Of a stretch of 64,000 bases of DNA, positions 27,051-40,121 are shown piece by piece. Both the position numbers and the translations under genes were made by a program. The stretch comes from Camelus dromedarius (Eukaryota), in the NCBI RefSeq assembly GCF_036321535.1, contig NC_087436.1, positions 91,638,001 to 91,702,000 of the forward strand. Reading direction: 5' to 3'. Positions within the stretch are counted from its first letter, which is position 1, and each line of letters begins with the position of its first letter. Under the pieces are notes generated by a model. The model was not told where the DNA came from and searched no databases. It saw only the letters and a program-made list of their open reading frames with translations.

Positions 27051-27145
27051 CCCATTACAGGCCAGGTGTAAATCTGGCTCTCCCTCTCAAACAAGAGGGT
27101 GCCACTTTCTCCAGTATGACTTTCCTAGTTAAAATCTGACAATTT

Positions 27146-27163
27146 CACATATATACATATATA

Positions 27164-27197
<34 letters not shown>
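27146..27197. repeat. (TA)/(TG) compound microsatellite
   Basis: Seen directly. Confidence 0.95.
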
Positions 27198-27489
27198 GGA
27201 TTTGCCTATGAATACTATGAAAGATTACCACCCAAATATATGAAGACCTAACTTAGATGGAAAATGAAAAGTAACATGTTCCATGTCCTTCAGCTTAGTT
27301 GGAATCCTGTTCATTATACAAGCTCCAGCATTAAAAATAGCAACAACCACAAAAAAACAACAAAATATCACCCATTGCACACACACATACAATGATGCAT
27401 TCTGTGGGCTGTTGTCATTTGCTGAGTTCTTGTAGGTAACATATCAAGCTATATCTATATACATCTATCTCTATATAGATATATATAAT

Positions 27490-27655
27490 TTTGAAATCAC
27501 AGGTATGAGAATTATAGTTAGTTCCCAATTAGGACATGAGGAGTATGAGGTTTAAAGTGGTGAAGTGCCCTGTTCAATGCCACATGGGTAAGCAACAGAA
27601 TTAGAAATCAAAATCAGTTCTAATTCCAGCCTAGAGACTTTTCCGTTTTACTGCT
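27490..27655 (-). mobile_element. MIR SINE
   Basis: 'catgaggagtatgaggtttaaagtggtgaagtgccctgttcaatgccacatgg'. Confidence 0.6.
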
Positions 27656-27984
27656 CTACAAAAGAGAAGCCAACCATGCAGATGTGTGAAGGCCCATCAC
27701 CATGTGATGTTATGAAAGGATGCAAGGTCATAGCTGAAAAATGCCACGCAAGGTGAAAAAGTCCAGGTGGAGCCAGGTAGAGATTTCCTGTCTTCTGCAT
27801 GCATTTATTCTAGATGCCCTTTATGTTTTAGGCTCTGGAATGACAACAGTGAACTATAAAAGGCAAATACTTGCCCTAATGATGCTCATTTAGAAGTGGG
27901 AAAATATATTAATTTTGTTAAGCATAAACCATATGCCATCTATTTTTGTTTCATGCTGGAAGGCTTGGTTGCACTGCCAGGATT

Positions 27985-28390
27985 TGAGTTTATCAAGCCA
28001 GTAACAGTTCTCCTTTCCCCTTTATCATGTCAGCCATTCTCTGTGACACAATGTCCACTACTGCTAGCCCTGTAGGACTGCACATCTGTAAACAAATTTC
28101 AACATTTGGATGCAGGTGGAATGCATGAGGATTGTTTTTTGGTTCTTGGCAATATGGGGGTCCAAAATAGTGCCCTGGGAGTATCAGAAGAGAATACCTG
28201 TGAATGAGTTGGCCATTCTGTTTGAGATCCAGTATTTGAACTCCTCTCATCCTCACCATCTTCTAGGGGCAGTAGAAACGAGCTTCAGTACCACTGTAAC
28301 ATTGAACTTTGCTTTCTCCCATTCCCTGGTTTTGACTGATGTTTCTTGTTCTCATCTTATCTGCCTTCCTTATTCCTTGGCTATTCCAGT
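27985..28390 (-). mobile_element. Ancient CR1/L3-clade LINE fragment (RT C-terminal region)
   Basis: ORF 27993..28259 reads LHPNVEICLQMCSP...VSQRMADMIKG, resembling the CR1 motif VRPHLEYCVQFWSP...VQRRATKMIKG. Confidence 0.55.
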
Positions 28391-28404
28391 CCTTGCTATT
28401 CCCA

Positions 28405-29628
28405 GGAGCAATGTGTTAGAGCCAACTCAAACTGATTTGCAGGATGCAATTGTTAAATTTATAGAGATTTTGTGAGCCAGTTTCTAAATACAGCCAATAT
28501 TAAAAATTGAATTTTATAAACTTACAGTTAAACAAGTTATATTAAAAACAAAGGTATTAATGCCCACCACTCATCATTTCCTAATTATTTCACTACATTT
28601 TATTATTATTTGTACTCTTGAGATTATTTGTATCTATTGTTTCATCTATATGGTGAGATTATCCTGTAATAGGAAATTACTGCCAATCTCTTCCCCAGCT
28701 CTGTGTTCAGTGACATCACGTTAGTAGCTTGAAATTGGCCATTGTGTTAGAATATTTACACAGTGGAAACCAATCAAACCTACCAATTCAGGTTCAACTG
28801 GTTTTTTTGTTGATTGTTTACTTAAGTAAGTGATGAAAGAAGGTTAATAATGTGAACTTTATTTAAAAGTGTGCTATGTGTCTAGCTATTTCATTGTAAA
28901 TACCATACAAATTCAGAAAATACTTTGAAAAGTATTATCTGATTCAGCATTTGTTTACATCATTGAGAAATAAGAGAATTTGGGAAATAATCTTAAGGAT
29001 GAAAGTAGCTTCATTTCAATGAATATAATCTGCATGAAGGTCAGGAATAGTTTAGTTGTCATATATCATATTTATGTATTTATTTGAGAAATACTTTTTA
29101 TTAACTTTTCGCTTGGAAATAATTTTAGCCCTGCAGAAAGAATTACAGAGTTCTTATTTGCCCTTCACTCAGCTTCTCCTAATTATAACACGTTACACAA
29201 TCACAGTATAATTATCAATACCAGAAAAATGAACATTGATATGACTCCTGAGCAATCTACAGACCTTATTTGAATTTCACCAGTTTACTGGTCCAGGATT
29301 TAATTCAAGATCTCATTGCTTATAGAATATCATATTTAAAGAAAAAAAATATTGAGAAGAGTTAGTGGATTGAAACGCAATTCCATTTGTCAATCGTTGA
29401 ATTGCAGCCATAGGTTTGCCTACGAATTCAGCAATAATCAGCAAAGCACTTTGTGAGAATCAATTGGCTACAGAGAATTTACAATAAAATGATTGCATAT
29501 TTATTGTTATGTTTGAGTCCCATGCTATATATCCTTTATAGCCATAAAATTTATAACAGTATGAATATTATAAATATATATTTTTATTCTGGAGACTTGA
29601 CTGTTACAATTTACTGGCTCAGCGATAA
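28405..29628 (+). mobile_element. MER63C/D hAT-Blackjack DNA transposon, split by an L1
   Basis: 'aaacttacagttaaacaagttatattaaaaacaaagg', 'ttcagtgacatcacgttagtagcttgaaattggcca', terminal 'ctggagacttgactgttacaatttactggc'. Confidence 0.85.
29075..29326 (-). mobile_element. L1MC4/5-type 3' end nested in MER63
   Basis: 'gcccttcactcagcttctcctaat...ctacagaccttatttgaatttcaccagt'; TSD atatcatattta at 29063-29074 and 29327-29338. Confidence 0.8.
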
Positions 29629-29811
29629 CTATAAAACCTTCTTTGCCTTTGATGAGCTGTTTGATCTGAATTCTATTGCTTTTATCCTGAGCAGACACAA
29701 TTTTGTACTGTTACACCATTTTCTATATGAAAATTTTTTGCTACACTTCCTGGAAATTGAAGACCTTAGTTATGTTCACTGTTCAACAATTGTAGAGAAA
29801 ACACCCAAGGA

Positions 29812-30050
29812 CAGGCAGTAGAGTGTAGTGGTTGAGACTAAAAATTCTGGATCCAGACTCTCTTGATTTAGCTCTAGCCCTGCCTCTTCCTAGCTCTGTG
29901 ACTTCAGAGAATTTTCCTTAGCCTTTCCATCTCCAAGGCAGAGGAAATTATTAGCATATAACTCATAAGATTGTTAAAATTAAACAAGTTTATACATCAT
30001 AATTTTTAAAGAATATTACCTGACTAACTAAAACATTTAAGGTGCTAACT
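29812..30050 (+). mobile_element. MIR SINE
   Basis: 'aggcagtagagtgtagtggttgaga...ctctagccctgcctcttcctagctctgtgact'. Confidence 0.8.
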
Positions 30051-32381
30051 CTTTTTAAAATCATATTATTAATTCTTAATATTATCCCTGTAACAATTAG
30101 TTTTCCCGAATAATTAAGTCCTTCTGCATAGCTTTGCCACAGTAGATTGGAAATCAGGCTGCCCTCTGTCTTAGCATGTCTCTTACTCGTCCAGAGTAGT
30201 GGAAACATTAACCTTCCTAGAGTCAGCCCAGGGAATCAATATTTTCTGTAGAAAATATCTGTAAGTAACTGCATTCAAGGTTTGCAAATGTGTAAAAGCT
30301 CAAGGTGTTCAAGAACTCATCTATACTGACCCCTGACCCGGATGACTGCTGGTTCCATCTGCTTAACCTACATGCTGTTGATAGTTGTACCAGGTCCCTT
30401 TCTTGTGTAGTGAGCTAGTGGGAGAATCCACTGGGGATGTCACAAAATGTAAGTCCTCTTTCCACTTTTGCCAATTCAGAGTTTCAAACTCTGGTTGAGA
30501 GAGAAATCATTTGTGGAATATTCTAAATGTGGATGGGATATTTTGCAAGTAAAGTACAACATCTGTCAAGTTATTATCAGAAGAAATATTCGAATAGGGC
30601 ATTTTATCCTGTCCCTTTTTTTCTTTCTTTAATTGATTCCCTCTTGTCATTCCCTCCCTTCTTTACTGTCTTCAGGCATTAAATAGTCTGATGTCTTATA
30701 TTGTTCTTTCCTTTCAAACTCCTCGGTTACCTAGAAGAATCTCTGTTTGCCTCCAATGCATATGTTATATTTATGCTCACTTCGCATAAAACATTTATTT
30801 CCTTTATAGCTATAGGTATTCTATATGTCTGATATTTATTATTTTTCCACTGGAAATGGATACTGAATCAGAAATCTAGGTACAATGAGACCACTAAAAA
30901 TTTCATAATATTCATGAAAGCAATAGGAGAATATGTAACTTTACTCATAATAGATAAAGCAGTAATTTATAGGAGAGATTTGGCCCCCACAATACTGATA
31001 CTGGAAATGTTATTTTTCATTAAGATAGCAAGATTTCTGTACCAAAAGCTTTTTTTTTTTTCATGTAATACCCTATCTATAAAAACACTTAGATATCCTC
31101 ATTGATATATATCTAATTTCTGATGTAGCTAAGCTCCATATTTCTTCCAACATAAATCTTTTGCTGCTCAATAAAAGCTCTTTTGAAAGGAACAAAAAGC
31201 AAAAGCATTTGAATGAGTACTTTAGATTTTTTTTAAGTTGAAAGCCGTTTTAGCGGTTTCTTATTTCCAATCTCATTGGTATTTTTAAAGCTTTATATGG
31301 AAAAAAGTTTATTGGTAAATATCTACCATCTCAAATTCAGCGACAATTATGAGTACAAGATAGGCTCTTTCTTTTATGGAAAAGAAAATTCACAGTCCTC
31401 AAAGCTCCAAATGTGAATTATTGAGGAAAAAAAAAGAAAGAAATGGCAGATTAGTTGGGATTAAACCCCAACATGATCAATTCCATTCAAAAATACAAAG
31501 GAGAAAAATATAGGCAGAAAAGTGTGCACATAATACCAGCTGATAAAAAATAAGTTTTCTGAATACTGTGTCCTAGATGTAATGAAAACAGATCTCAAAC
31601 TGTTGAATCCCAAGATACTATTTAGAAATCTGTTCAATGTCTTTAAGTTACTGAGAATATATGACCCCTGAAGACATCGTATGCATCGCTCATTTCTGGC
31701 ACATGCCAAAGGCCCATATTCTTACACTTCCAGTTTTCTATCCTGGTGATTTGAGTTGGGAAATAGGAAAACTTAAACACAACTTTGACACATATAGCTT
31801 AGTGCTTAGAACTGAGTCAGGCCTTAGTATTTAACTCTTCCCTGCCCACGTTCTCCCAGCTGACCATTTTCACTCCACTGAGGCTTCTCTAACAAAAGTG
31901 ACTTTGTCTATAGGAGTTTCTTCTGCTAACTTCTACATGTTTCTTACTTCACCCACTTAACTCTGCTTTCAAGCAGAATAGCAAAAAATGAGTGGAACAG
32001 TTCCCAAAAGTATCATTGTCTCTTTCAGGATTATTTTTTCCACGATGCAGGAGAGCTGTCTATTCCCCTTCTAAGTTTAGTATCAAGTGCTTCGGTTCTG
32101 TGACCAATAGATAAGAGGGTATTATGTGTGAAAAATGTTGAATATTCAGCATTTGGAAGGGAAAAAATAATCAGAATTGCACAAACAGAAGATAGTAACT
32201 ACTAAACAAATGTAGAATGCTGTTTCTTCAAAACAAACAAAAACAACAGAATGATTTTGACACTCCTATGAGAGCCTCAGCCCATGTCTGCGCTAAAACT
32301 TGGGTTAATGACTTTTATTTTTCATAGCATTACAGCTGAAAAAAGTATTTAAAAATTATTTGGGGTCAAAAGTTTGTCAGT

Positions 32382-33022
32382 ATAATCATGGGACTACAGA
32401 ATGCTACTTCCCATCCATCTTACCACCACATGACTAAAGTTTTATTTACAGCAGTTCTTTTACCTGGATCATCATGTTTGAATATCAAGAAAAAAATTAC
32501 AAGGTGTACTAAAAGAAAAAACAAACAAACAAAACTTGAAGAGACAGAGCAAGCATTAGAGCCAGATCTGGCAGGAATGTTGGAATTATCAGACAAGGAA
32601 TTTAAAACAATTATGATTAACATGTGAAGGACCCTAATGGATAAAGTAGACAGCATTCAAGAACAGATGGCAATGTAAGCAGAGGGATAGAAAGCCTAAG
32701 AAAGAACCGAAAGGAAACACCAGAGATGAAACACGCTGAACACAAATGGAAAATGCTCTGATGAGAGTACTAGCAGGCTGGAAACAGCTGAGGAAAGGCT
32801 CTCTGAGCTAGATGATATATCAAGAGACTCTTCAAAACTAAAAAGAATAGAGAACAAAAGACAAAAAAAATACACAACAGAACTGAATATCCAAGGACTG
32901 TGAGCAAATTACAAAAGGTGTAACATACAGGTAGTGGTACTACCAGAAGGAGAAGAAAGAGAGAAAGGAACACGAAATATTTGAAACAATAATTACAGAA
33001 AATTTCCTGGAATTTAATATCT
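32382..33022 (+). mobile_element. Old L1 (L1MC/MD-type) 5' UTR-ORF1 fragment
   Basis: ORF 32388..32627 ends EETEQALEPDLAGMLELSDKEFKTIMINM, typical of old L1 ORF1 N-termini; 'ccagaaggagaagaaagagag...aaatatttgaa...gaaaatttcc'. Confidence 0.85.
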
Positions 33023-33724
33023 TTCAAAACTAATGACTTTCTTCACTTCAGTGGACTGTCCTCTCCTTTACTTCAGGACTTTTAATATGCCTTTCTTTCT
33101 CCCTGAATCTCCTGCCCTCCCTCCTGCCCAGTTTTCATCTGGCCAAGTACTTCTCCACAGCAACTAAAATATCTATTCCTCATCAATGCTTTTCTTGACC
33201 TCACCAACCAGCTAATACTAATTAGGGAAGATTTCTTTCTACTCATTTATTAGTACTTTATATACACTTTTTAGTTACAACTGCCACACTGAAAATATTC
33301 ATACTGTGACTACTGATTCCTAAATAGAGAGTGGATTGTATATTTATGGGCACCAGGATTATCTTGTTCAAATTGTGTGTCTTGAGTCTGATCTATCTGA
33401 CAGGTGCTCAAGAAATAATGAGTGAGTGAGCAGTTGAATAAGTGGAAGACAATTGGTAGGGATGCAATGTCTGGCCAGTTGGGACAGAGGAAAGGGCCAC
33501 AGACCCTGAGGCTGCTTGGGAGACAATTTTCAGCAGGGGGTCACAGAGGGAGGAGGTGGGCAAAGGAAACAAAAATAAAGCCCTTGAGTGAGTGGATAAT
33601 AGAATGGAAAGGAATAAAATGGAAAGAGTTAACAGGAGGATGGATGAGGGGAGCAATTACACTAATTTTATGGCAGAAATAACTTTGTTGGACCTCAAGG
33701 GCACAGAAGCCAAGTCATTTTATT

Positions 33725-33885
33725 AATATCGACACACTTATTAGCACTTACTATGTGGTGGCCACTGTTCTAAGCACTTTCACATATTAATTTACTTAAT
33801 GATCAAGCATTGTTATGATTAAATACTATTACTATCTTGGTTTTATAAATGAGAAAATGGAGGCAGAGAAAGAGCAAGTCAAAAC
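33725..33885 (-). mobile_element. MIR SINE
   Basis: 'ttattagcacttactatgtggtggccactgttctaagcactttcacatattaa'. Confidence 0.75.
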
Positions 33886-35825
33886 AGCAAGGTTCAGAAT
33901 TGTCTGAGTCAACTCTCTGGTCAGATATGTAGTGAATTCCAATGATAGAAATAATCAACTATATTTTTTTAATCTTCCTTACATAGACTTCTATTTGGAC
34001 TTGCTTTTCCTAAAAAAAGTGTCAAACATATCAAACTCCTCTTCAGCCCACAAAGAGGACTCAATTCTTTGTTGAATGTAGTGTGTACACTTACTTGTTT
34101 TCTGACACGTTCAACATGTCCAGCCAGCCAGCTCATGGTGATCTCCCTAAAACCCTGCAGAAGTCATTCATGCGGGTCCACTGGATGGCCTTGTCCCTAT
34201 GATGCCTTCACAAGTTCATAATTCTAAATAACTTGAATAGCTTTCATAACTGCATTCATTGCTTTTCAGAGACTAAAATTATTCAATTTATCTACCTCAG
34301 AGTCCTCTTAATCAATGACTCTTCTTCATAATCTTATTAAGATATGCAAACTAAGATATTGATGACAAAATTTTACTAATTTGATATTTATCACACCTAA
34401 ATGAGTAAATTTCTTTATTGATAGTGCTAGGTAAAGGAGAATATTTGATATACCTCTGCAAATCTACCTGTATTCATAGTGATTCTGTTTATTAAATTAA
34501 TTAATTGTTATACAATAGAAGTATTTATATAAACATACAACAAATAAGTCAACAATTTTTGTGCTTTTATTTCTTAGTCAAATCACTGTGATTTCATTTT
34601 GGTTGTTAAATTATTTTGTTTTGAATATAGGAAAACTAGAGAAAAGTTATATTACATAAGATAATGAAATGCTTTGAACTTAAAAGCTTAGAGATATTTA
34701 ATGATACTTAAAATATTCCATATCTTCCAAGTAGCAATTAATTCTGACATGCTAGAGGAAAATTCCTCTTCACATTTTAGGAAATATCCTTGACAACAAT
34801 TCATGTTCAAATGTCACTTCCTCCAGAAATTCTTCCATGGGCCTCAACCCTGGGTCAACTGCCCTACCTATGTGCTTTTTCTTAATTTCCTTAAAGGGAT
34901 TTTATCATACTTGTGAAAGAAAAGTGATGAGATGTAGGTGCTCAAAGGGAATGTTAAATCAATATTGTTGTAAATAGATGAATCTTGATTCAGATAACAG
35001 CTATCTCTCATCAACAGGGCCGATGGGAAAATGGCAAGCAGAAAACACGATAATGGCTTACACTTAGCTGGTTCAGAGCTACAGTGCAGATACTATACTG
35101 GGCTAAACCAAAGCCTGAGAAATAATGCAGAGGATTAATAGGCTTCTTAATTCCCACAGTCTTCTGGAAAGATGAAAGTAAAGAGAAAATTTCTAGCATA
35201 GCCCACGTGAGCTTCAGATAAAGAATATTGAAAGCACATAATGAGGAGAAGAGGGGTTTCCTGAAACTGTCCTGTATTTATTTATTCACTTCATTTAGAC
35301 TGAGCAAATTATGTTGCTAGATTTCACTTAACTAGATTCCAAGGATTTATCAGTGAGAGACAGACAGGGTCCCTGGCTTAATGGAGCTCACAGTCTCCCG
35401 GTATTGCTTTAGCACAGTTGTCTCCCCTTGCTTAACTGTAAATTCTCTGAGGACGTAGAGCACATTTTTTCTGTTCACCAGGCTGCCTCAGCACAGGGCA
35501 TCATGCTTCCAACACAGCAGGTACTCAGCTCACATCTGCCAATTCATTGTGCAGAACATACTGTCGTGGGTGCTTAGACCCATGTGCTCATTGTTAATAA
35601 AATACTTACGAATGTTAGGCTAGACTGAATCTATGGAGAGTCTGCTGCATATTTGCGGACATAGAAAGAAACTCACTTGCCCAGTTTCTTCACGTTAGTC
35701 TTGCCTGTGGAAGAGTCTCTTCTCAGGTGTGTGAACTTGAGCTGCATAGACAAGCTCAAGGTGCACACACAGTAGAATTTTCTTGAGGTTGCTTTTCCTC
35801 AAATTATTGCTAGGTAAGAATCCTT

Positions 35826-35986
35826 GGAGAGGGTATAGTGCAGTGGTAGAGTGAATGCTTAGCATGCACAAGGTACTGGGTTCAATCCCCAGTACCTCCA
35901 TTAAAAATAAATAATGAACCCAATTACCTCTCCCGCCTACAAAAAAAATAAATAAATAAACAAAATTTAAAAAGGAAAGAAAAAAG
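35826..35986 (+). mobile_element. Vic-1-like camelid tRNA-derived SINE
   Basis: tRNA-Ala-like head with A box (tagtgcagtgg) and B box (ggttcaatcc), 'taaataa...aattacctc' body and A-rich tail. Confidence 0.9.
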
Positions 35987-36485
35987 AATAGAATTTAATG
36001 AGTATAATAAAATTACTTCGTAGTCTCATTGTCACAGGAAGAGAATGATAATACTTCATATTATTAGCAGTGTTTACAACACTTTACATTCACAGACTCA
36101 CAAGTTTTGTAAAGAAGATCATGGCAGTCTTAACTCTTAAAGGGCACAGAGGCCCAGGGAAGACAGAGAGACCAAGACAAAAATGAAATGGTTTCTCATT
36201 GCTAGTTACTGAATATTTTATTAACTAGTCCACTAGCTAATTAGCAATATGTTGAGCACTCCTTTGTTTCCGTAAAAGCACAACGAACTAACCAACAAAA
36301 AATCAGTGTCAATATTCCAATCCACCATCTTTTTCTACTTTAAGAAAATGAATAGACTTGAAGTTTTTCTTCTTTCCTCTCTTCCCACAAGAGGCTACAA
36401 ATTAAACTCAGAGATGCTGAGGACAGAAATGTTTCTTACTCCTAAACTCTCAGGGATGTGCTGGGACAAGTCTTCCTAACTGGGT

Positions 36486-36646
36486 CAGCAGTTCTGAAAA
36501 TTTGCTGCTTATCAAAGTAATATGCAGAGCTTTAAAGAATTCCAACGCTTTGTTGGCACTCTATGCCAATTAAATCAGAATATCTGGGGTGAGAAGAATC
36601 AGTACTTTTTAAAAATTCACAATGAAGCCAAGTTTGGGAACTAATG
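36486..36646. mobile_element. MER5A-type hAT-Charlie MITE
   Basis: 'cagcagttctgaaa...ccaattaaatcagaatatctgggg...gccaagtttgggaactaatg'. Confidence 0.7.
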
Positions 36647-36704
36647 AAGTGTCTCAAGAAGTGGCTAGTCATATGAGGAGCCCAGATCATCCTCTCTGTC
36701 CTTC

Positions 36705-36885
36705 CGTCTTTATAGTTTCCTTGACGATAAGAATTGCCTGGAACGTTATTGAACAGTTGATCCTCCCCAGCTTCTCTCTTGGAGATTCTGATTTAGAGGG
36801 TCTGGGGGGATGCTTAGGAATATGTATTTTTTTTACAAGTACTTCCTGGTAATTCTTAGCTCAGTGAAAGTTTGGGAAACATTAA
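36705..36885. mobile_element. MER5B/MER117-type hAT-Charlie MITE
   Basis: 'gagattctgatttagagggtctgggg...aggaatatgtattttttt acaagt...aagtttgggaaac'. Confidence 0.65.
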
Positions 36886-36899
36886 GAGGTGATTGGTCA

Positions 36900-37085
36900 A
36901 AAAAAAAATGACTTTAGGTAATTTCAGTGTGTCAATGTAGGTTTAATCAGTGGAAACAAATGTTCCTTTCTTGGGGGCAATGTTGATAATGGGAGTGGCT
37001 ATGTGTGTAGAGGCAGGAGATATATGATAAATCCTTCACCTTCCCCTCAATTTTGCTGTGAACCTAAAACATCTACAATAAAGTC
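36900..37085 (+). mobile_element. L1MC-type extreme 3' end
   Basis: 'atgttgataatgggag...caattttgctgtgaacctaaaac...aataaagtc'. Confidence 0.8.
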
Positions 37086-37571
37086 ATAATCTAAGATTAA
37101 GTATAAATTAGAGTCATTGATTAAAATAAATAATAAAGGACAAAATGCAAATGAAGATGCATAATGTCTCATTTTCATTTTGGAATTCATAAATTATCAG
37201 CTACCTGGGAAATAAGCCTTGGGACTGAGCAGTAGACAGTAAATATATGGTTCTGGATTTCACAAAGAAATACTAAACTAGAGGTAGCTGCTGGGATAGT
37301 AACAGACTTTCAATGTCCACCTGCCAAAGGCCACAAGAAACACACCTATCATCATGGACCTTTTCCAGTGAAGAAAACTATGCACTATAGGAAACTTTGG
37401 GGTATGCCAGTGAGAGGGGGTTAGGGAGGGCTTGAGTTAGCAGATAGAAATTAATGCCATTAAAGATTTAAAGTTTTATTCTGTTTTATATTTTAAAAGT
37501 TTTTTGTGCAAAGTAATTTTGGACAGTGTTCAAAGAAATATGTTCTGGGTTGAGCACCTTTAGAAAGCAAA

Positions 37572-38113
37572 AGCTAAGATATGGAAACAATCTAAATGTC
37601 CATCAACAGATGCCTGAATAAAGAAGATGTGGTATATATATAACACAATGGAATATTACTCAGCCATAAAAAAGAATGAAATAATGCCATTTGCAGCAAC
37701 ATACATGGACCTAGAGATTATCATATTGAATGAAGTAAGTTAGAGAAAGACAAATATCATATGATATCACTTATATGTGGAATCCAAAAAAAAGATGCAA
37801 ATTCTATTTACACCAAAAACAGACTTACAGACATAGAAAACAAACTATGGTTACCAAAGGGGAAAGGGTGGGGAGGGATAAATTAGGGATTGAGGATTAA
37901 CAAACACATATTACTATATATAAAATAGGTAAACAACGAAGACCTACTGTATAGCACAGGAATCTATATTCAATTTCTTATAATAACATATAATGGAAAA
38001 GAATGAAAGAAAAAAAAATATATGTATGTATATGTATGACTGAATCACCTTGCTGTACACCAGAAACTAACATTGTAAATTAACTACACTACAATAACAT
38101 TAAAAAAAAAAAA
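37572..38113 (+). mobile_element. 5'-truncated L1 3' end (cetartiodactyl-type)
   Basis: ORF2 end, 3' UTR and poly(A); probable TSD agaaagcaaa (37562-37571) / agaaaggaaa (38114-38123). Confidence 0.92.
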
Positions 38114-38886
38114 AGAAAGGAAATTCTATGACTGAGTACCCTAGCAGTTTTTATCTAGGCTGTAGGAGGATGGGAGTAGGGCTAGAGCTAATTGGTAAAG
38201 AAGCAGCAGCTACTCCTATGAGCTCAGAGAAGAGGATTTCTGGTCCTTTCTGTGGTTGCAAAGTTTTCTAGAATTGTACCCACACATGATTACAACATGG
38301 TCTTATTTTTGTCTCATTCAGTCAGTCATCCAGAACCTTGTTTGATGTGGGTATTCTGTTTCTGTTAATTAGGATACAATGTGGCCTAGTTTTTATGACC
38401 AAGACAAATATCAGCTGATAGAGGTCAAGGGTTGATCTTTCCTTTCTCAAAACTAAAACTGCTATTTAAAACTATGAGCATCTCAAGAGATTTCCTAGAT
38501 CCAGTGTACAGATAGCAAGAAGTAGATGATATAAGGTAGACCCTGAATTATATTATCAGTGCTTTGAAATCCTTACCTCTCCTTCTTTCTCAACCACTTG
38601 CATCCCCAAACACTAAAAATGCCTTTAGGTCCTGGGGGTACTAAAAAAAGTATCAAGTTTTACCTCTAGTAAATTGACAAATCTGGTTGATACAAAGCCA
38701 GGGGATTCCACAGGAGACAGCAATGTGGCATCTAAAACTCTTTTCAAAAGCAATTACGTTGTTTAAAAAACCTAAAGATCATAAAATCCAATTCTCTCAA
38801 AATTTAGAGCAGGAGAAGAGGCTTTTGCTTGCTATTTCTAAGCACACTAAAAGAAGGATGGAGAACATTTAAAATAGTGGTTATGA

Positions 38887-39551
38887 ATAGACTTACCATA
38901 TGACCCAGCAATCCCACTCCTGGGCATATATCCAGAAAAAAACCCTAATTCAAAAAGACACCTGCACCCCAATGTTCATAGCAGCACTATTTACAATAGC
39001 CAAGACATGGAAATAATCCAAATGTCCATTGATAGATGACTGCGTGAAGAAGTTGTGGTATATTTATACAGTGGAATACTATTCAGCCATAAAAATGACA
39101 ACATATGCCATTTGCAGCAACATGGATGTCCCTGGAAAATGTCACTCTAAGTGAAGATAGCCAGAAAGAGAAAGAAAAATACCATATGATATCACTTATA
39201 TGTGGAATCTAAAAAAGAAGAAGAAGAAGAAGAAAAATGAACTTAAATATAAAACAGAAACGGACTCACAGACACAGAATACAAACTTGTGGTTGCCAGG
39301 GGGAAGAGAGGTGGGTAGGGACAGACTGTGAGTTCGAGATTTATAGATACTGATAAGTATATATAAAATAGATAAACAAGTTTATACTGTATAGCACAGG
39401 GAAATATATTCAAGATCTTGTAGTAGCTCACGGTGAAAAAGAATATGAAAACAAATATATACATATTCATGTATGACTGAAAAAGTGTACTGTATACCAG
39501 AAATTAACACAACATTGTAAACTGACTATAACTCAATAAAAAAATTAAAAT
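38887..39551 (+). mobile_element. 5'-truncated young L1 3' end with perfect TSD
   Basis: TSD aaaatagtggttatga at 38871-38886 and 39552-39567 at a canonical TT|AAAA endonuclease site; AATAAA and A-tail. Confidence 0.96.
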
Positions 39552-39819
39552 AAAATAGTGGTTATGAGGAGTGGGAGAGGAAGCTGACTAGAGGAACACA
39601 GTAGAACGTCAAGCTATTGTTAAGGGTCCAAATGAAATTAATCATCACACATTTGGCATCAGTCAATTTAAATCCTCTCCCATGGTTTGACCATTCACTA
39701 AAGGCTCAGAAGTGTAGGGTCATAGAAGGTTAGCATGTTGGGCTCTCATTTCCTATTTAATCCAACCTCCTAATGCCAATCTTCTGTTTACAGATTTAAT
39801 TTCAGATATCTCTACAAAC

Positions 39820-40030
39820 AGATAGCACAATATTGCTGTTAAAAGCACAGATTCAGAGACCATTTCCCAGGGTTCCAAACTTGTGTCCATATCTTTCTTG
39901 ATCTTTGGCCTTTGACAAGTTAATTAATCTGTGCCTCAGTTTTTCATCTGTAATGTGAAGACAGTAGCCTCATGGATTGTTATGAGAAATAAACAACTTA
40001 ATACATGCAAATTTTCTTAGTATGTCCTAA
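39820..40030 (+). mobile_element. MIR SINE
   Basis: 'ctgtgcctcagtttttcatctgtaatg...cctcatggattgttatgag'. Confidence 0.8.
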
Positions 40031-40054
40031 GGGCATTTTTTTAAAAATTGCTAT

Positions 40055-40121
40055 TACTATTGTTTTTGTTGTTGTTTGTATTATTATTATTATCATCATC
40101 ATTACCATCATCATCATCATC
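40055..40121. repeat. Composite (TTG)(TTA)(TCA) trinucleotide repeat
   Basis: Seen directly. Confidence 0.85.

Noticed and set aside
35826..35900. Functional tRNA-Ala gene
   Set aside because: Followed by a SINE body and A-tail with disrupted stems; it is a SINE head
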